57,289 bases of DNA from an uncultured delta proteobacterium (GTDB taxonomy: Bacteria > Desulfobacterota > Syntrophia > Syntrophales > UBA2185). The position numbers and the translations under genes are program-made. The stretch lies in assembly GCA_963729715.1 (NCBI GenBank), contig CAVSPA010000011.1, positions 1 through 57,289 of the forward strand, read 5' to 3'. Below the pieces are notes generated by a model, which saw nothing but the letters and a program-made list of their open reading frames with translations, ran no database searches and was not told where the DNA came from. Shown here piece by piece: positions 37,410-48,563 of this stretch (its first letter is position 1; each line of letters begins with the position of its first letter).

Positions 37410-38768
37410 ATGATAAAAACGCCTCGCCATATGGCCGTGGAAATTTTAGATCGCATGGAGGAAGAAGGCGCATACGCAGAACCACTGCTCGATGCATCTC
37501 TTTCGGTGCACCCTCAGATGAAAATCGAGGACAGAAGGTTAATCACCGAGATCGTATATGGCACGCTGAGGATGAGGGGCAACCTCGATTGGGTTATCGA
37601 ACGCTTCTATAAGGGAAAACTCGACGCCATGGAAGTGAGCATAAAGAACATCTTGAGGACAGGCTTATACCAATTGCTCTTCACCGATAGGATACCGGAT
37701 TTCGCCATCGTAAATGAGGCGGTTGGGATAACAAAGAGAATTGGCCGGAGAGGGTCAGGACTGGTCAATGCCATCCTGAGAAATTTTATCCGGAAGAAAG
37801 ATCAGATCCCATATCCCGCAATGGGAAAGGATCCGGCACATCATATCTCCATTGTCCATTCACATCCCTTGTGGCTGGTAAGACAATGGATCGAAATGTT
37901 CGGCATAGAAGAAACTGCGGCGCTCTGCAGAGCGAACAATCAAGTGCCCCCTGTAACAGTGCGTGTGAACACACTCAAGACAGTACGCAAAAGGACAAAG
38001 GAGGAACTGTCGCAGCGTGGATTTGCGGTAAGGGAAACCGCCTTTTCTCCCGATGGTCTTAGTATATCCAATCGGACTACGTCCGTGAGAGAAACGGACT
38101 GTTATACCTCAGGGGGGATTCAGGTTCAGGACGAGGCCTCTCAGTTGATTGCCCGCCTCGTCTCTCCGAGACCGGGGGAAAACGTCCTTGATCTCTGCGC
38201 TGGCATGGGAGGAAAAACGGTTCATCTGGCGGCGGTCATGGAGAATCGCGGGAGCATTCTGGCCCTCGACATCAGCAAGAAAAAAATCGACGCCCTGTAT
38301 CAAAACGCGAGCCGGCTCGATGTTGCCATTGTGGACGCACAGGTGGGAGACGCCAGAGAAAGACCAGGGAAGTCCTTCTTCGAGAGTTTTGACAGAATCC
38401 TCATCGACGCGCCGTGTACGGGTCTCGGCACATTAAGGAGAAATCCCGAGATAAAATGGCGAACCCTCCCCGGGGATGCCAAGAAATCTTCCTTTCTGCA
38501 GAAAGCCATATTGGAGAACGCCGCAAAGTACCTGAAGCGAGGCGGCACTCTCATTTACAGTACCTGCACAATTACAAAAGAGGAAAACGAAGAGGTGATT
38601 GAGGATTTTACTGACCGCCATCCTGATTTCATTTGTAATCGTCCGCCGGATGAGATAAATTCCGTTCTGGTCGACGACCATGGATATTTCAGGAGCTATC
38701 CCCATCACCATGGCACGGACGGCTTCTTCGGCGCCGTGCTTGTGAAAGGCATGGAGATGGAGAAATAG
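37410..38768 (+). CDS. rsmB: 16S rRNA m5C967 methyltransferase RsmB
   Basis: NusB-like N-domain; VQDEASQ, LDLCAGMGGKT, DAPCTGLG, YSTCT, DGFF; follows fmt. Confidence 0.93.
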   Translation: MIKTPRHMAVEILDRMEEEGAYAEPLLDASLSVHPQMKIEDRRLITEIVYGTLRMRGNLDWVIERFYKGKLDAMEVSIKNILRTGLYQLLFTDRIPDFAIVNEAVGITKRIGRRGSGLVNAILRNFIRKKDQIPYPAMGKDPAHHISIVHSHPLWLVRQWIEMFGIEETAALCRANNQVPPVTVRVNTLKTVRKRTKEELSQRGFAVRETAFSPDGLSISNRTTSVRETDCYTSGGIQVQDEASQLIARLVSPRPGENVLDLCAGMGGKTVHLAAVMENRGSILALDISKKKIDALYQNASRLDVAIVDAQVGDARERPGKSFFESFDRILIDAPCTGLGTLRRNPEIKWRTLPGDAKKSSFLQKAILENAAKYLKRGGTLIYSTCTITKEENEEVIEDFTDRHPDFICNRPPDEINSVLVDDHGYFRSYPHHHGTDGFFGAVLVKGMEMEK

Positions 38769-38802
38769 AATATCTGATGAAAGACTTCCATGGAGGCCTA
38801 CA

Positions 38803-39207
38803 ATGAAAACGTTTTTTGTTTTAGCCGCCATTTTGATAGCATCAGGCTGTGCATCACACGGCCCGGTTCTTTACCCTAACCAACACTTCAAAACCGTCGG
38901 GGAAGATCAAGCACACCGGGATATTGCAGACTGCGACCGCTTGGCGGCTGAATATGTTAAGTCAGAAGCAGGCAACACCGTGGCAAAGAATACGGCGGTA
39001 GGTGGAGCAACCGGTACCGTTGTCGGAGGTGCTGCGGGCGCAGTTACGGGACATCTCGGAAGAGGGGCGGCAGTGGGAGCGGCTGCAGGCACTGCAGCCG
39101 GCCTCGTGAGGGGAGTATCCAAAACGTCCGAACCAAGCCCGATCCACAAAAGGTTTGTGGAAAAATGCCTGAGAGACCGTGGATATGAGCCTTTGGGATG
39201 GGAATAG
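38803..39207 (+). CDS. Glycine-zipper lipoprotein
   Basis: Lipobox ASGC; GGAxG repeats; CLRDRGY. Confidence 0.75.
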   Translation: MKTFFVLAAILIASGCASHGPVLYPNQHFKTVGEDQAHRDIADCDRLAAEYVKSEAGNTVAKNTAVGGATGTVVGGAAGAVTGHLGRGAAVGAAAGTAAGLVRGVSKTSEPSPIHKRFVEKCLRDRGYEPLGWE

Positions 39208-39272
39208 AAGCAACTGCAGATAGTGACTGTCATTTAATCTGAGGATATGAACTGTTACTAGCGTGGGAGGGA

Positions 39273-39908
39273 ATGTACATGTTTCTAAAGCAGATGCAGG
39301 TCGGCCACATGGCGATATTCGCCTACGTTCTGGGTGATCCGGAAAGCGGCGAAGGGTTGGTCATCGATCCGGCGGCAAATTGCGGCGGCATCATCAAAGT
39401 GGCCCAAGAAAATAAATTGAACATCAAGTACATTGTTAATACCCACGGCCATGTGGATCACATATCAGGCAATACGGAGATGAAAAAAAAGACGGGGGCA
39501 AAGATCATTATCCACAAAGATGATGCCGAGATGTTCGTGTCGACGCCACCCATGGTCTTCAAGATGTTCGGGGCCGAACAATCCCCGCCTGCCGACATCA
39601 CCGTCAATGACGGCGATCTTATAACCGTGGGCGGCATTTCACTAACGGTTATCCATACCCCCGGTCATTCCCCCGGCGGCATGTCCTTATACACAGAAGG
39701 GTATGTCTTCACCGGAGATACCCTCTTTGTTGAGGCCGTGGGAAGAACCGACCTCCCCGGAGGTTCATGGCCGGTGATGCACCGCTCTATCACGGAAAAG
39801 CTCTGGACACTGCCTGATGACACGAAGGTGCTGCCCGGACATAACTATGGAAGGATGCCGACTTCCACGATAGGCCACGAAAAGATGTACAACCCTTATA
39901 TAAGATAG
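39273..39908 (+). CDS. MBL-fold metallo-hydrolase (glyoxalase II-like)
   Basis: THGHVDH, HTPGHSPG, FTGDTLF, GRTDLPGG, PGH. Confidence 0.92.
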   Translation: MYMFLKQMQVGHMAIFAYVLGDPESGEGLVIDPAANCGGIIKVAQENKLNIKYIVNTHGHVDHISGNTEMKKKTGAKIIIHKDDAEMFVSTPPMVFKMFGAEQSPPADITVNDGDLITVGGISLTVIHTPGHSPGGMSLYTEGYVFTGDTLFVEAVGRTDLPGGSWPVMHRSITEKLWTLPDDTKVLPGHNYGRMPTSTIGHEKMYNPYIR

Positions 39909-39925
39909 ACACAGGAAGATTCAAG

Positions 39926-40810
39926 ATGGACGTAAGAGAAATGATCTCGACTGATTTCAAAGGATTAAAACTGCAAAACAGGGGAAAGGTCCGCGACATC
40001 TATGAAGTTGCCAATTCCCTCCTTGTCGTCGCCACAGACAGGATATCCGCCTTCGACGTCATCATGCCCAGTCCCATTCCGGGTAAAGGAGAGATACTCA
40101 CAAGAATGTCTGTCTTCTGGTTTAACATGATGACCGATATTGTCGAGAACCATCTCTTATCGACAGATCCCTTCGATTTCCCCGATCAGTGCCTACCATA
40201 CAGAAAGGAACTCGCAGGAAGATCAATGCTTGTAAAAAAGGCAAAGCCTTTTCCCGTCGAATGCGTTGTCCGTGGATACTTAAGCGGCTCAGGCTGGAAT
40301 GATTATCTGGAGAGCAGGACTGTTTCAGGCATCAAGCTTCCAGCCGGATTAAGAGAATCCGCAAGACTGTCGGAACCCCTCTTTACACCTTCCACCAAGG
40401 CCCCGGAAGGAAAGCATGACATGCCGATAACAAGAAGAGAGATGGAAGATACTATAGGTTCCGAAGAAACGGAAAATATCATTGAAAAAAGCCTTGCGAT
40501 TTACACGAAGGCGTCAAGGCGTGCCGAAGAGGCGGGTATTATTATCGCTGACACCAAGATGGAATTTGGTATCACTGAAGATAGGCTGATCCTGATTGAT
40601 GAGCTGCTGACGCCGGATTCTTCGAGATTCTGGCCAAGAGAGGATTACGAAGAGGGAAGACCGCAGAAGAGTTTTGATAAACAGTTCTTGAGGGATTATC
40701 TCCTCTCTATCAAATGGAACCAAAAACCGCCGGCCCCGAACCTTCCTGATGAGATTATCGAACAAACAAGGAAAAAGTATGAGGAAGCTTTAAATAGACT
40801 TGTCAGATAA
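39926..40810 (+). CDS. purC: SAICAR synthetase
   Basis: RGKVRDIY, TDRISAFD, ECVVRGYLSGS, ADTKMEFG, DELLTPDSSRFW, SFDKQFLRD. Confidence 0.97.
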   Translation: MDVREMISTDFKGLKLQNRGKVRDIYEVANSLLVVATDRISAFDVIMPSPIPGKGEILTRMSVFWFNMMTDIVENHLLSTDPFDFPDQCLPYRKELAGRSMLVKKAKPFPVECVVRGYLSGSGWNDYLESRTVSGIKLPAGLRESARLSEPLFTPSTKAPEGKHDMPITRREMEDTIGSEETENIIEKSLAIYTKASRRAEEAGIIIADTKMEFGITEDRLILIDELLTPDSSRFWPREDYEEGRPQKSFDKQFLRDYLLSIKWNQKPPAPNLPDEIIEQTRKKYEEALNRLVR

Positions 40811-40891
40811 GCATAGCTTGTGTCTCTTGACATATCCAAAAAGGTTATTAAATTAAAGCGTGCTTTATACAAGCGCAATAGTAATTGAAAA

Positions 40892-41284
40892 ATGTCGACG
40901 AAGTTGCCCAACTATCAAGAAAAACAGCATATCCTCTACGTAAAACGCCCCTCCGAGAAGGATCTCATTGCATACGGTGATGCGTTTCTTGAGGAGGGAA
41001 AAATCTCCGATGCCATTGATTTTTACCAGAAGGCAAATTACGTTCACGGCCTGGAAACAATCAAGGATATGGCTGAACAATCGGGGGATATCATGCTTCT
41101 TCAACAGGTCTTGAAGCCTTTGAGACAAACAATCCCGGAGGCAACCTGGAACGAAATAGGCGAGCGCGCCCTAAAAGTCAAGAAGTACTTATTCGCCCTT
41201 TATGCCTTTGAAAAAGGCAACAATGATGCTATGGTCGGACGCATAAAGGAAATAATCAAATCGGAGGACGACGGTAAGCACTGA
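40892..41284 (+). CDS. Hypothetical helical (TPR-like) protein coupled to dnaJ
   Basis: 130-aa ORF; TGATG overlap with the dnaJ start. Confidence 0.65.
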   Translation: MSTKLPNYQEKQHILYVKRPSEKDLIAYGDAFLEEGKISDAIDFYQKANYVHGLETIKDMAEQSGDIMLLQQVLKPLRQTIPEATWNEIGERALKVKKYLFALYAFEKGNNDAMVGRIKEIIKSEDDGKH

Positions 41285-42345
41285 TGTCCAAGCGCTGCTA
41301 TTATGTTTGTCTCGGAGTCGATCGACAAGCTACAGACGAGGAAATAAAGAAAAATTATAGAAAACTGGCTATGCAGTATCATCCGGACAGAAACCCGGGC
41401 GATAAAGAGGCAGAGGAAAAATTCAGAGAAGCGGCTGAGGCTTACGAGGTATTAAGCGATAAGGAGAAGAGGGATATCTATGACCGCTACGGCCATGAAG
41501 GACTCAACGGCATAGGATTCAGAGGCTTCTCAGGTTTTGAAGACATATTTTCAAGTTTTGGTGATATCTTCGAGGACATCTTTGGATTTGGCACCGGACG
41601 CGTGGGGTCTCGGACATCACAGCGTGCCGGGGCCGATCTCCGTTATGATCTCAAAATATCGTTTATGGACGCCGCCTTCGGCACCTCCAGGGATATCGAA
41701 GTGAAAAAGACCCAGAGATGTTCCGCATGCCGTGGCACGGGCGCAGCACCGGGAAGTACGCCGGAGACATGCCGCCAATGCGCAGGTAGAGGCCAAGTCA
41801 CGCAGTCAAGCGGCTTCTTCACAATCAGTACTACATGCCCTCAGTGCAGGGGACAGGGCAGGGTCATAACAAAATTGTGCCCGGAATGCATGGGTGCAGG
41901 CAGGGAAAGAGTCACGAAGACTGTCCATCTGAAGATACCAGCCGGCGTCGAAACAGGTTCGCGGTTGAGACTCCGCGGAGAAGGGGAAGATGGAGAATAC
42001 GGCGGATCTCAAGGAGATCTCTATGTGTTCATCCATGCTGAGGCCCATGAATTTTTCGAGAGAAGAGATAACGATATATACTGCCAGATCCCCATTTCAT
42101 TTGTCCAGGCCGCTCTGGGAGCGACGATTGACGTGCCAACCCTCAACGGCACAGAGAAGCTCAAGATTACACGGGGAACCCAGAATGGCTCCACCTTCCG
42201 TCTGAAAGGAAAGGGCATTCCAAACCTGAGGGGATACCGACGCGGGGACCAGATTATTGAAACCGCAGTTAAGATACCCGTCAACCTCAATAAAAAACAG
42301 GAAGAGCTTCTGAGAGAATTTGCAAAATTGAGCGGCGAATCATGA
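41284..42345 (+). CDS. dnaJ: Chaperone DnaJ
   Basis: J-domain HPD, G/F-rich region, four CxxCxGxG repeats. Confidence 0.96.
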   Translation: MSKRCYYVCLGVDRQATDEEIKKNYRKLAMQYHPDRNPGDKEAEEKFREAAEAYEVLSDKEKRDIYDRYGHEGLNGIGFRGFSGFEDIFSSFGDIFEDIFGFGTGRVGSRTSQRAGADLRYDLKISFMDAAFGTSRDIEVKKTQRCSACRGTGAAPGSTPETCRQCAGRGQVTQSSGFFTISTTCPQCRGQGRVITKLCPECMGAGRERVTKTVHLKIPAGVETGSRLRLRGEGEDGEYGGSQGDLYVFIHAEAHEFFERRDNDIYCQIPISFVQAALGATIDVPTLNGTEKLKITRGTQNGSTFRLKGKGIPNLRGYRRGDQIIETAVKIPVNLNKKQEELLREFAKLSGES

Positions 42346-42663
42346 TCCCCTTTAACCTGCAAATCATCCCTTCTAGGATATGCCGCAGAAAGTCTTCTAA
42401 TGCCAACCATCAGCACGGCCCGCCTGTAAGAAGTTCGTAATAAGAAAAAATGGACAATTGGTAAAACATCATTTATAAGGATACTGGTTGTTGTTTCTGC
42501 ATCTCGTCATACGGACCGAGACATGATGATGCGGAGATAGAATCCCTGCGCCGTTATTCGCGCTACTGTTATGCTGGGATCAGTCCATATTCGTGTTGCG
42601 GAAAAAATCAACTGCGAAAAAGCAAAAAACACAATAACCGATTTTTCTTGGAAAGGAGGTTCT

Positions 42664-43068
42664 ATGATTATACTAAAAAACTGGTTAGCATTATTAATCA
42701 TGATAATTTTCTTCACTTCCGGCTGCGCCGTAGCTGTAGTAGGAGGCGCTGCCGCGGGGGCAGGTTCAGGGACATACTTCTACATCAACGGCGATCTCAA
42801 AACGGACTACTATTATTCCTTTGATAGGGTATGGTCAGCCTGCGAAAAAACCGTGGCAGACATGCGCGGTTTGGACGTCGAACCACTCAAGGAAATCGGT
42901 TCGGGAAAGATTACCGCGATGATTGAAAATGAAAAGGTTCAGATCACCGCAGATTATAAGGCAAAAAATGTCACCACCGTTTCCGTTCGGGTGGGCGTCA
43001 TGGGTGACAAACTTGCATCACAGCTCCTGCATGATAAAATCGCTGACAATCTCACGAGAAAGAAGTGA
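42664..43068 (+). CDS. Lipoprotein, DUF3568-like
   Basis: AAGGAGG RBS; lipobox TSGC then AVAVVGGAAAGAG; VSVRVG..GD...S. Confidence 0.7.
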   Translation: MIILKNWLALLIMIIFFTSGCAVAVVGGAAAGAGSGTYFYINGDLKTDYYYSFDRVWSACEKTVADMRGLDVEPLKEIGSGKITAMIENEKVQITADYKAKNVTTVSVRVGVMGDKLASQLLHDKIADNLTRKK

Positions 43069-43108
43069 CCGTAGAATCCATACCGTCTCTATTCAGTAAC
43101 AGGAATAT

Positions 43109-44083
43109 GTGATGAAAAAGAAACTGGCGGTAGGAATAACTCTCGGCGCTATTCTCGTCTATCTATCCATCAGAGGGATCAATTTCCAAGACGTCGTTCA
43201 AGGCTTCAAAACCATCAGGTATGAATATGTGCTGCTCGTATTGATCATCATGTTTATCATACAGGTCTTGAAGTCCTTGAGATGGGGACTCATCCTCAGT
43301 CCCATAGTCAAGGTCGATCAGCTTTCTCTTTTCTCCGTCACAAGCGTGGGCTTCTTAGCCATTATCGCCGTCCCGGCACGTCTCGGTGAACTGGCGCGTC
43401 CCTATCTGATCACCAAGAAATGTCATATCCGGATGTCAGCCGCCGTCGGTACTATTCTTGTGGAACGCGTCTTTGATTGCCTGACGGTACTATTGATATT
43501 CCTTCTTGCTTTATTCTTCACACCATTTCCGCCGTGGCTGATCAGATCAGGTATTGTTTTTTTCCTTATCACTCTGGTCATATTGATCGGCATGATATTT
43601 ATGATATTAAAAAGGGAGGTGTCTCTTAAGGCTCTAAATTCGACTTGCAGGAAGCTCCCCGAAAGATACATATTGAAACTGAACCATTTGTTCCATCAAT
43701 TCATCGACGGATTCAAGATCATAACTGAGCCCAAACTCCTCTTATACGTGATCTCTTTATCTATCGGGACATGGCTGCTGGACGTCGCTGCGATATATTT
43801 TATGTTTTTAGCCTTTGGCCTTTCCGTGCCGCCTGCCGCTCCCTTTGTCGTGATGATTATCCTTATGATCGGAATTAGCATACCTGCGGCGCCCGGTTTC
43901 GTAGGGAATTGGCATTATTCCTGTATCCTGGGACTTTCGCTATTCGGTATTCCCAAGGCAGAGGCTTTAACCTTCTCTGTTGTGTTTCATGTCATATGCG
44001 TGGGAATTATAATCATCCTCGGATTGATGTTTCTTCCCTCAAACAAATTTTCTCTCTCCGATTTGAGCCGGCAGGAAAATTAG
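43109..44083 (+). CDS. Lysylphosphatidylglycerol synthase TM / UPF0104 flippase-like membrane protein
   Basis: RW, PARLGELARP, ERVFD, PAAPGFVG; multiple TMs. Confidence 0.85.
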   Translation: MMKKKLAVGITLGAILVYLSIRGINFQDVVQGFKTIRYEYVLLVLIIMFIIQVLKSLRWGLILSPIVKVDQLSLFSVTSVGFLAIIAVPARLGELARPYLITKKCHIRMSAAVGTILVERVFDCLTVLLIFLLALFFTPFPPWLIRSGIVFFLITLVILIGMIFMILKREVSLKALNSTCRKLPERYILKLNHLFHQFIDGFKIITEPKLLLYVISLSIGTWLLDVAAIYFMFLAFGLSVPPAAPFVVMIILMIGISIPAAPGFVGNWHYSCILGLSLFGIPKAEALTFSVVFHVICVGIIIILGLMFLPSNKFSLSDLSRQEN

Positions 44084-44087
44084 TCTT

Positions 44088-45458
44088 CTATTGTTTCAAT
44101 GTATCGTCAAGACCGTATCTTTTGATTTTCCTGTGAAGGTTGCTCCGCTCTATACCAATGGCCTCCGCAGTTTTTGAGATATTTCCATCAAACTCCTTCA
44201 GCTTCTTTATGATATATTCTTTCTCAAAATCCATTTTTGCCGTTCTGAAAGAGTCTGACGCAAATAAAGGAAGTGCTTCTTCCGGAATTTCATGGCTTCC
44301 TTCCGTCAGCAGAGGAATGTCTCTAGCCGCAATCACGTCTTGCGGAACCATAATCACGAGCCGTTCGATGAAATTTTTCAACTCTCTCACGTTGCCCGGC
44401 CAATCATGCTCCATAAGCTTGGCCAAGGCGTCATCGGCGATTGTCTTTCCCTCCTCATGTTCTTTTAGGCTGAATTCCTTTAGAAACCAGTTTGTCAATA
44501 CGGGAATATCCTCTTTCCGTTCTCTCAATGGGGGAACTCTGAGAGGTATGACGTTCAGCCTGTAGTAGAGATCCTGCCTGAATCTACCCGCTTCCATCTC
44601 CAGTTCAAGGTCCTTGTTAGTCGCAGCAAGCACTCTGACATCCGTGGGTATGAAAGTGTTTCCTCCCACCCGTTCAAATTTCTTCTCCTGAAGAATTCTG
44701 AGAATCTTCGCCTGAGCCTTCAGGCTCATGTCCGCCACTTCATCGAGGAAGATAGTCCCTTCATGAGCAAGATCAAATTTCCCCCTCTTTTTCTCAGTTG
44801 CACCTGTAAACGCGCCCTTTTCATGGCCGAATAGTTCACTTTCTATCAGGTCCTCCGGAATGGCTGCGCAGTTTACTTCAACAAACGGCTTGTACGCCCT
44901 CTTGCTCAACCTGTGTATCGATCGGGCAACGAGTTCCTTTCCCGTCCCATTTTCCCCCATGATCAGGATCCACGCGTTCGTAGGCGCTACGATGCCGATC
45001 ATCTCTTTCAATTCGAGTATCGGCGCACTGTTACCCGTCAGCTCATAGTCCTGACTGATCTTCTGCTTTAATAATTTATTTTCCTCTTCCAAATTAATCA
45101 ACTCAAACACGTGATTGACAATGAGTATCACCTTTTCCATGGAAAGCGGCTTTTCAAAAAAATCAAAAGCCCCGAGCTTCGTAGCCTTAACCGCCGTTTC
45201 AATAGTTCCATGGCCGGATATCATTATAACCCTTATCTGCGGGTATTGTGATTTGATCGTCTTCAGGGTCTCGATGCCGTCGATGCCCGGAAGCCATATA
45301 TCCAAGATCACAAGGCTCGGCAGCTCGTCCTTGACAATTTTAAGGGCTTCTTCGCCCGAGGCCGCCGACAGGACTTCATATCCCTCGTCTGTCAGGATGG
45401 ACCCCAAGGATTGGCATATACTCTTTTCATCATCTACAATCAGTACTGTTCTTTGCAT
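44088..45458 (-). CDS. ntrX: Sigma-54-dependent response regulator, NtrX-like
   Basis: LDIWLP, MISGHGTIETAV, GENGTGKE, GAFTGA, WPGNVREL, ERSNLHRKIK. Confidence 0.88.
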   Translation of the reverse strand: MQRTVLIVDDEKSICQSLGSILTDEGYEVLSAASGEEALKIVKDELPSLVILDIWLPGIDGIETLKTIKSQYPQIRVIMISGHGTIETAVKATKLGAFDFFEKPLSMEKVILIVNHVFELINLEEENKLLKQKISQDYELTGNSAPILELKEMIGIVAPTNAWILIMGENGTGKELVARSIHRLSKRAYKPFVEVNCAAIPEDLIESELFGHEKGAFTGATEKKRGKFDLAHEGTIFLDEVADMSLKAQAKILRILQEKKFERVGGNTFIPTDVRVLAATNKDLELEMEAGRFRQDLYYRLNVIPLRVPPLRERKEDIPVLTNWFLKEFSLKEHEEGKTIADDALAKLMEHDWPGNVRELKNFIERLVIMVPQDVIAARDIPLLTEGSHEIPEEALPLFASDSFRTAKMDFEKEYIIKKLKEFDGNISKTAEAIGIERSNLHRKIKRYGLDDTLKQ

Positions 45459-45512
45459 AGTTCTACAAAAACCTGTTTATTTATTTTACATCGGACAAAT
45501 TATTAATAACCT

Positions 45513-47756
45513 TTAGCCCGAATCAGTGCCCTCCGGGATCGGCAGCTCAAAAGCCACAATGGTCCCTGTGGGCACATTATCTCGGACGCTCACATGACCG
45601 TGGTGATCCGATATAATCGTGCTCACGATAGCAAGACCCAGCCCCGTACCGGTTCTTTTCGTGGAAAAGTAGGGCTCGAACATCTTCGCCTTGTAACTGT
45701 AAGGCACGCCATAACCGTCGTCTGCAACCTCGACTTTGGCCTTCCTATGGCTTTTATCAAAGGTAGTCCTGACCACAATATGACCATTGTTCTTGCTTAC
45801 GGCGGCAACTGCATTATCCAAAAGATTAACCATGACGCGCTTAATCTGCTCTGAATCGAGATTCAATTTTGGCATATCCTGATCTGTCTGAAATTCAAAA
45901 TTGATGTCTTTGTGAGCATCCTGAAAAAGAACAACGGAATCGCATATGACCTCATTGAGATCGCTGAGAACAAGGTTGGTGACGGGAAGTTGGGCATAAC
46001 GGGAAAAGGCATTGACCAGGTTCTTTAACACGTCAACCTGATCTATTATTGTCTTGGTGCACTCGTGAAAAATGGCGCCATCATCACCGAGCCTTTCAGC
46101 GTACTTCTTCTGCAATCGCTGGGCTGAGAGTTGGACAGGAGTCAATGGGTTCTTGATCTCGTGGGCCATTCTCCTGGCAACCTCCCTCCATGCCGCTGAT
46201 CTTTCGGCCTTACGGATCTGCGTGAGGTCTTCAAAGACAACCACCATGCCCATATAATTGCCGTCATCGTCGCTTATCAGCGTTATCGTCATCAACACCG
46301 TCAACACCCTGCCTTTAAGCATCAACTCCAATTGTCTTTCTATGAAATTTGTTCCGTTCTCTCTCAGTTCCTTGGACAATTCATCCACTAAAGCCAGATG
46401 TTCGCTAATTAACACATCCTGGAATCGTCTGTTGAGGATTTTTCCCGTCTTTATATCCAACATCCTTTCAGCGGCTTTGTTGATTATTGTGATGACGTCA
46501 TTACCATCAATAGAAACAACACCGGCGGAGACGTTGCCGAGAACTGTTTCCATATATTTTCTTCGCTGCTCAAGATCTATATTCGCCTGCTCCAGTCCCT
46601 CTTTACTTTTTTTTAGGTCTCTTGTCATCTTATTGAAGGAATCGACGAGAATGCCTATTTCATCGTCCGCCACGATTTCGATCTGATGGTCCAGTTCTCC
46701 GCGGGCTACCTTATTCGTTGCCAGAGCGAGATCCTGTATGGGTACTGTGATGCCCTTGGCAAGATACAGTCCAAACCATGTGGCGGAAAAGATGACTAAA
46801 AACGTCACGATGAAAAGCGTGATGATATAGGTGAACTTTATAGGGTTCTTCAGCAGCGTAATCTGTCCATACTGCTCGGACGTCTTAGAAATAATTCCCA
46901 TCCTATTTACAAGTTCTTTGGGAACGTGATAATTGACCGCGACGACACCTATAACCTCCCCCGGACTCACGTAGGAATAGATAGGTGCCACGCCGCGAAT
47001 CAAATCCCCAACATCCGATGATTCCACAACAGACACTTCCTGACCTGTAAAAACGTCTTCGAGCATCTTGGGGCTGAGCGGCTTGGGCTCGATGTTGGGA
47101 TTGTCGGGATCTCTTACGAGGAGGCTCCTTTCTTGGTTGTTAAAATAAACCTCAAGCAACCCCAGCTTATAATTCTTCTGACGCTGTTCAATTAAGGCTT
47201 TCAGATATTCTGCCCTCTCCTGATCGTAAAGGCGATTTTTTGTGATGTCGGAACTGATCTGCCTCGCATAATATTTCGCTTGATCCGCAGACTGCTGATA
47301 ATAGAGGTGGGCGACCTCAACGGTTTTATTCAAGGCGTCTCCGATTGTAATGTTAAACCAGTTCTCTATGCTGTATGAAAAAACACTGATGGCTACTAAG
47401 AATAGTGTCACAGTAGGAATCAGAGATAAGCCGACGAACGCGGCCACGAGCTTAGTCCGGAGTTTCGATCCCAAGACGCCGCGCTTGCTTTCGAAAAGCA
47501 GTTTGACGACATTTCTGACTATCAGGAAAACGAGGAGGAGTATGAGAATTACAAGGATCAGAATGATATTGATATTTAGTATCAGCCCAAAGATGAGCAC
47601 GTTGTTTGATATGGGAAGAATGACCCCTGCGCGAGAAAGTTGAATCCCCAGCAGGCTTACTATGACAATGAGAAGGATGGTGACAATAATGATTATGCGT
47701 TCTCTTCTACGCCTTCTTAATTCCCGATCATCCTTGATTAAATGATCCCTAAACAT
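45513..47756 (-). CDS. ntrY: HAMP/PAS sensor histidine kinase, NtrY-like
   Basis: GSKLRTKLV, HAMP domain, AWREVARRMAHEIKNPLTPVQLSAQRL, GTGLGL. Confidence 0.88.
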   Translation of the reverse strand: MFRDHLIKDDRELRRRRRERIIIIVTILLIVIVSLLGIQLSRAGVILPISNNVLIFGLILNINIILILVILILLLVFLIVRNVVKLLFESKRGVLGSKLRTKLVAAFVGLSLIPTVTLFLVAISVFSYSIENWFNITIGDALNKTVEVAHLYYQQSADQAKYYARQISSDITKNRLYDQERAEYLKALIEQRQKNYKLGLLEVYFNNQERSLLVRDPDNPNIEPKPLSPKMLEDVFTGQEVSVVESSDVGDLIRGVAPIYSYVSPGEVIGVVAVNYHVPKELVNRMGIISKTSEQYGQITLLKNPIKFTYIITLFIVTFLVIFSATWFGLYLAKGITVPIQDLALATNKVARGELDHQIEIVADDEIGILVDSFNKMTRDLKKSKEGLEQANIDLEQRRKYMETVLGNVSAGVVSIDGNDVITIINKAAERMLDIKTGKILNRRFQDVLISEHLALVDELSKELRENGTNFIERQLELMLKGRVLTVLMTITLISDDDGNYMGMVVVFEDLTQIRKAERSAAWREVARRMAHEIKNPLTPVQLSAQRLQKKYAERLGDDGAIFHECTKTIIDQVDVLKNLVNAFSRYAQLPVTNLVLSDLNEVICDSVVLFQDAHKDINFEFQTDQDMPKLNLDSEQIKRVMVNLLDNAVAAVSKNNGHIVVRTTFDKSHRKAKVEVADDGYGVPYSYKAKMFEPYFSTKRTGTGLGLAIVSTIISDHHGHVSVRDNVPTGTIVAFELPIPEGTDSG

Positions 47757-47758
47757 AC

Positions 47759-48325
47759 CTATTGACCAATCCTCTGTCGGTACCAATCAGTCTCAAAATC
47801 CCATAGTGAAACAAAAAATAAGACATATTCCATATGCATGGGAAGCCGTATTTTATCCAATTTGGCCTTGACCATGACGTAGTAGGATTTGTCCTTCGAC
47901 AAATCCTTCATGGAAGCCAACAAAATGCCATTCAGTTCTGACATGGCCTTTTTGGCTGCATCAAAATCTTGAAATTCCGATTGTTTATATCCTTCTATTG
48001 ACGATATATAAAAAACCTTCTTCACATTATCATACTTAATTGTTTGTTTGACAATCACACTGGATATATCGTCGTCGATCCAGTTCGGCCTCTCCTGATA
48101 AAGATCAAGCAAAAAAGTAAACGTCGTAGGAACACCTGCCAGGATGGCTGACTCCATTCTTTTCGTAAAACAGTTAGTCACTTTCGCGTAGACCATGACC
48201 TGATCATCACTGTCGGTAATGACAATATCCACTATCCTCGCGTCCCGACGATATGAGCTTAGGGGAAAAACAAGAAAAAAATAACAGGCAAAGAATGCAG
48301 CCAAGAGAAGGATTGGTTTACGCAT
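47759..48325 (-). CDS. DUF4390-like exported protein
   Basis: Signal/TM; AILAGVPTTFTF; C-terminal WDFETDW; located upstream of ntrY. Confidence 0.7.
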   Translation of the reverse strand: MRKPILLLAAFFACYFFLVFPLSSYRRDARIVDIVITDSDDQVMVYAKVTNCFTKRMESAILAGVPTTFTFLLDLYQERPNWIDDDISSVIVKQTIKYDNVKKVFYISSIEGYKQSEFQDFDAAKKAMSELNGILLASMKDLSKDKSYYVMVKAKLDKIRLPMHMEYVLFFVSLWDFETDWYRQRIGQ

Positions 48326-48563
48326 ACAAGCGCCCTGCGCCACCATGAGTCATAATACGGGCACATAAATATATTGTGAGAAATTTCCTGTTCATTACTC
48401 GAAACATATTACTGAGCAGGAAGATGCGTCTCAATGTCCCCTCTTCACCAAACTATAGATTTATTTACTGTTTTGATTATTTACACGGTATACTAAGAAA
48501 CTGCGCTATAAAAAGCAAGTGTAATTTATGGAAGGGCCAGCGGATAAAAGACGATATAAAGCT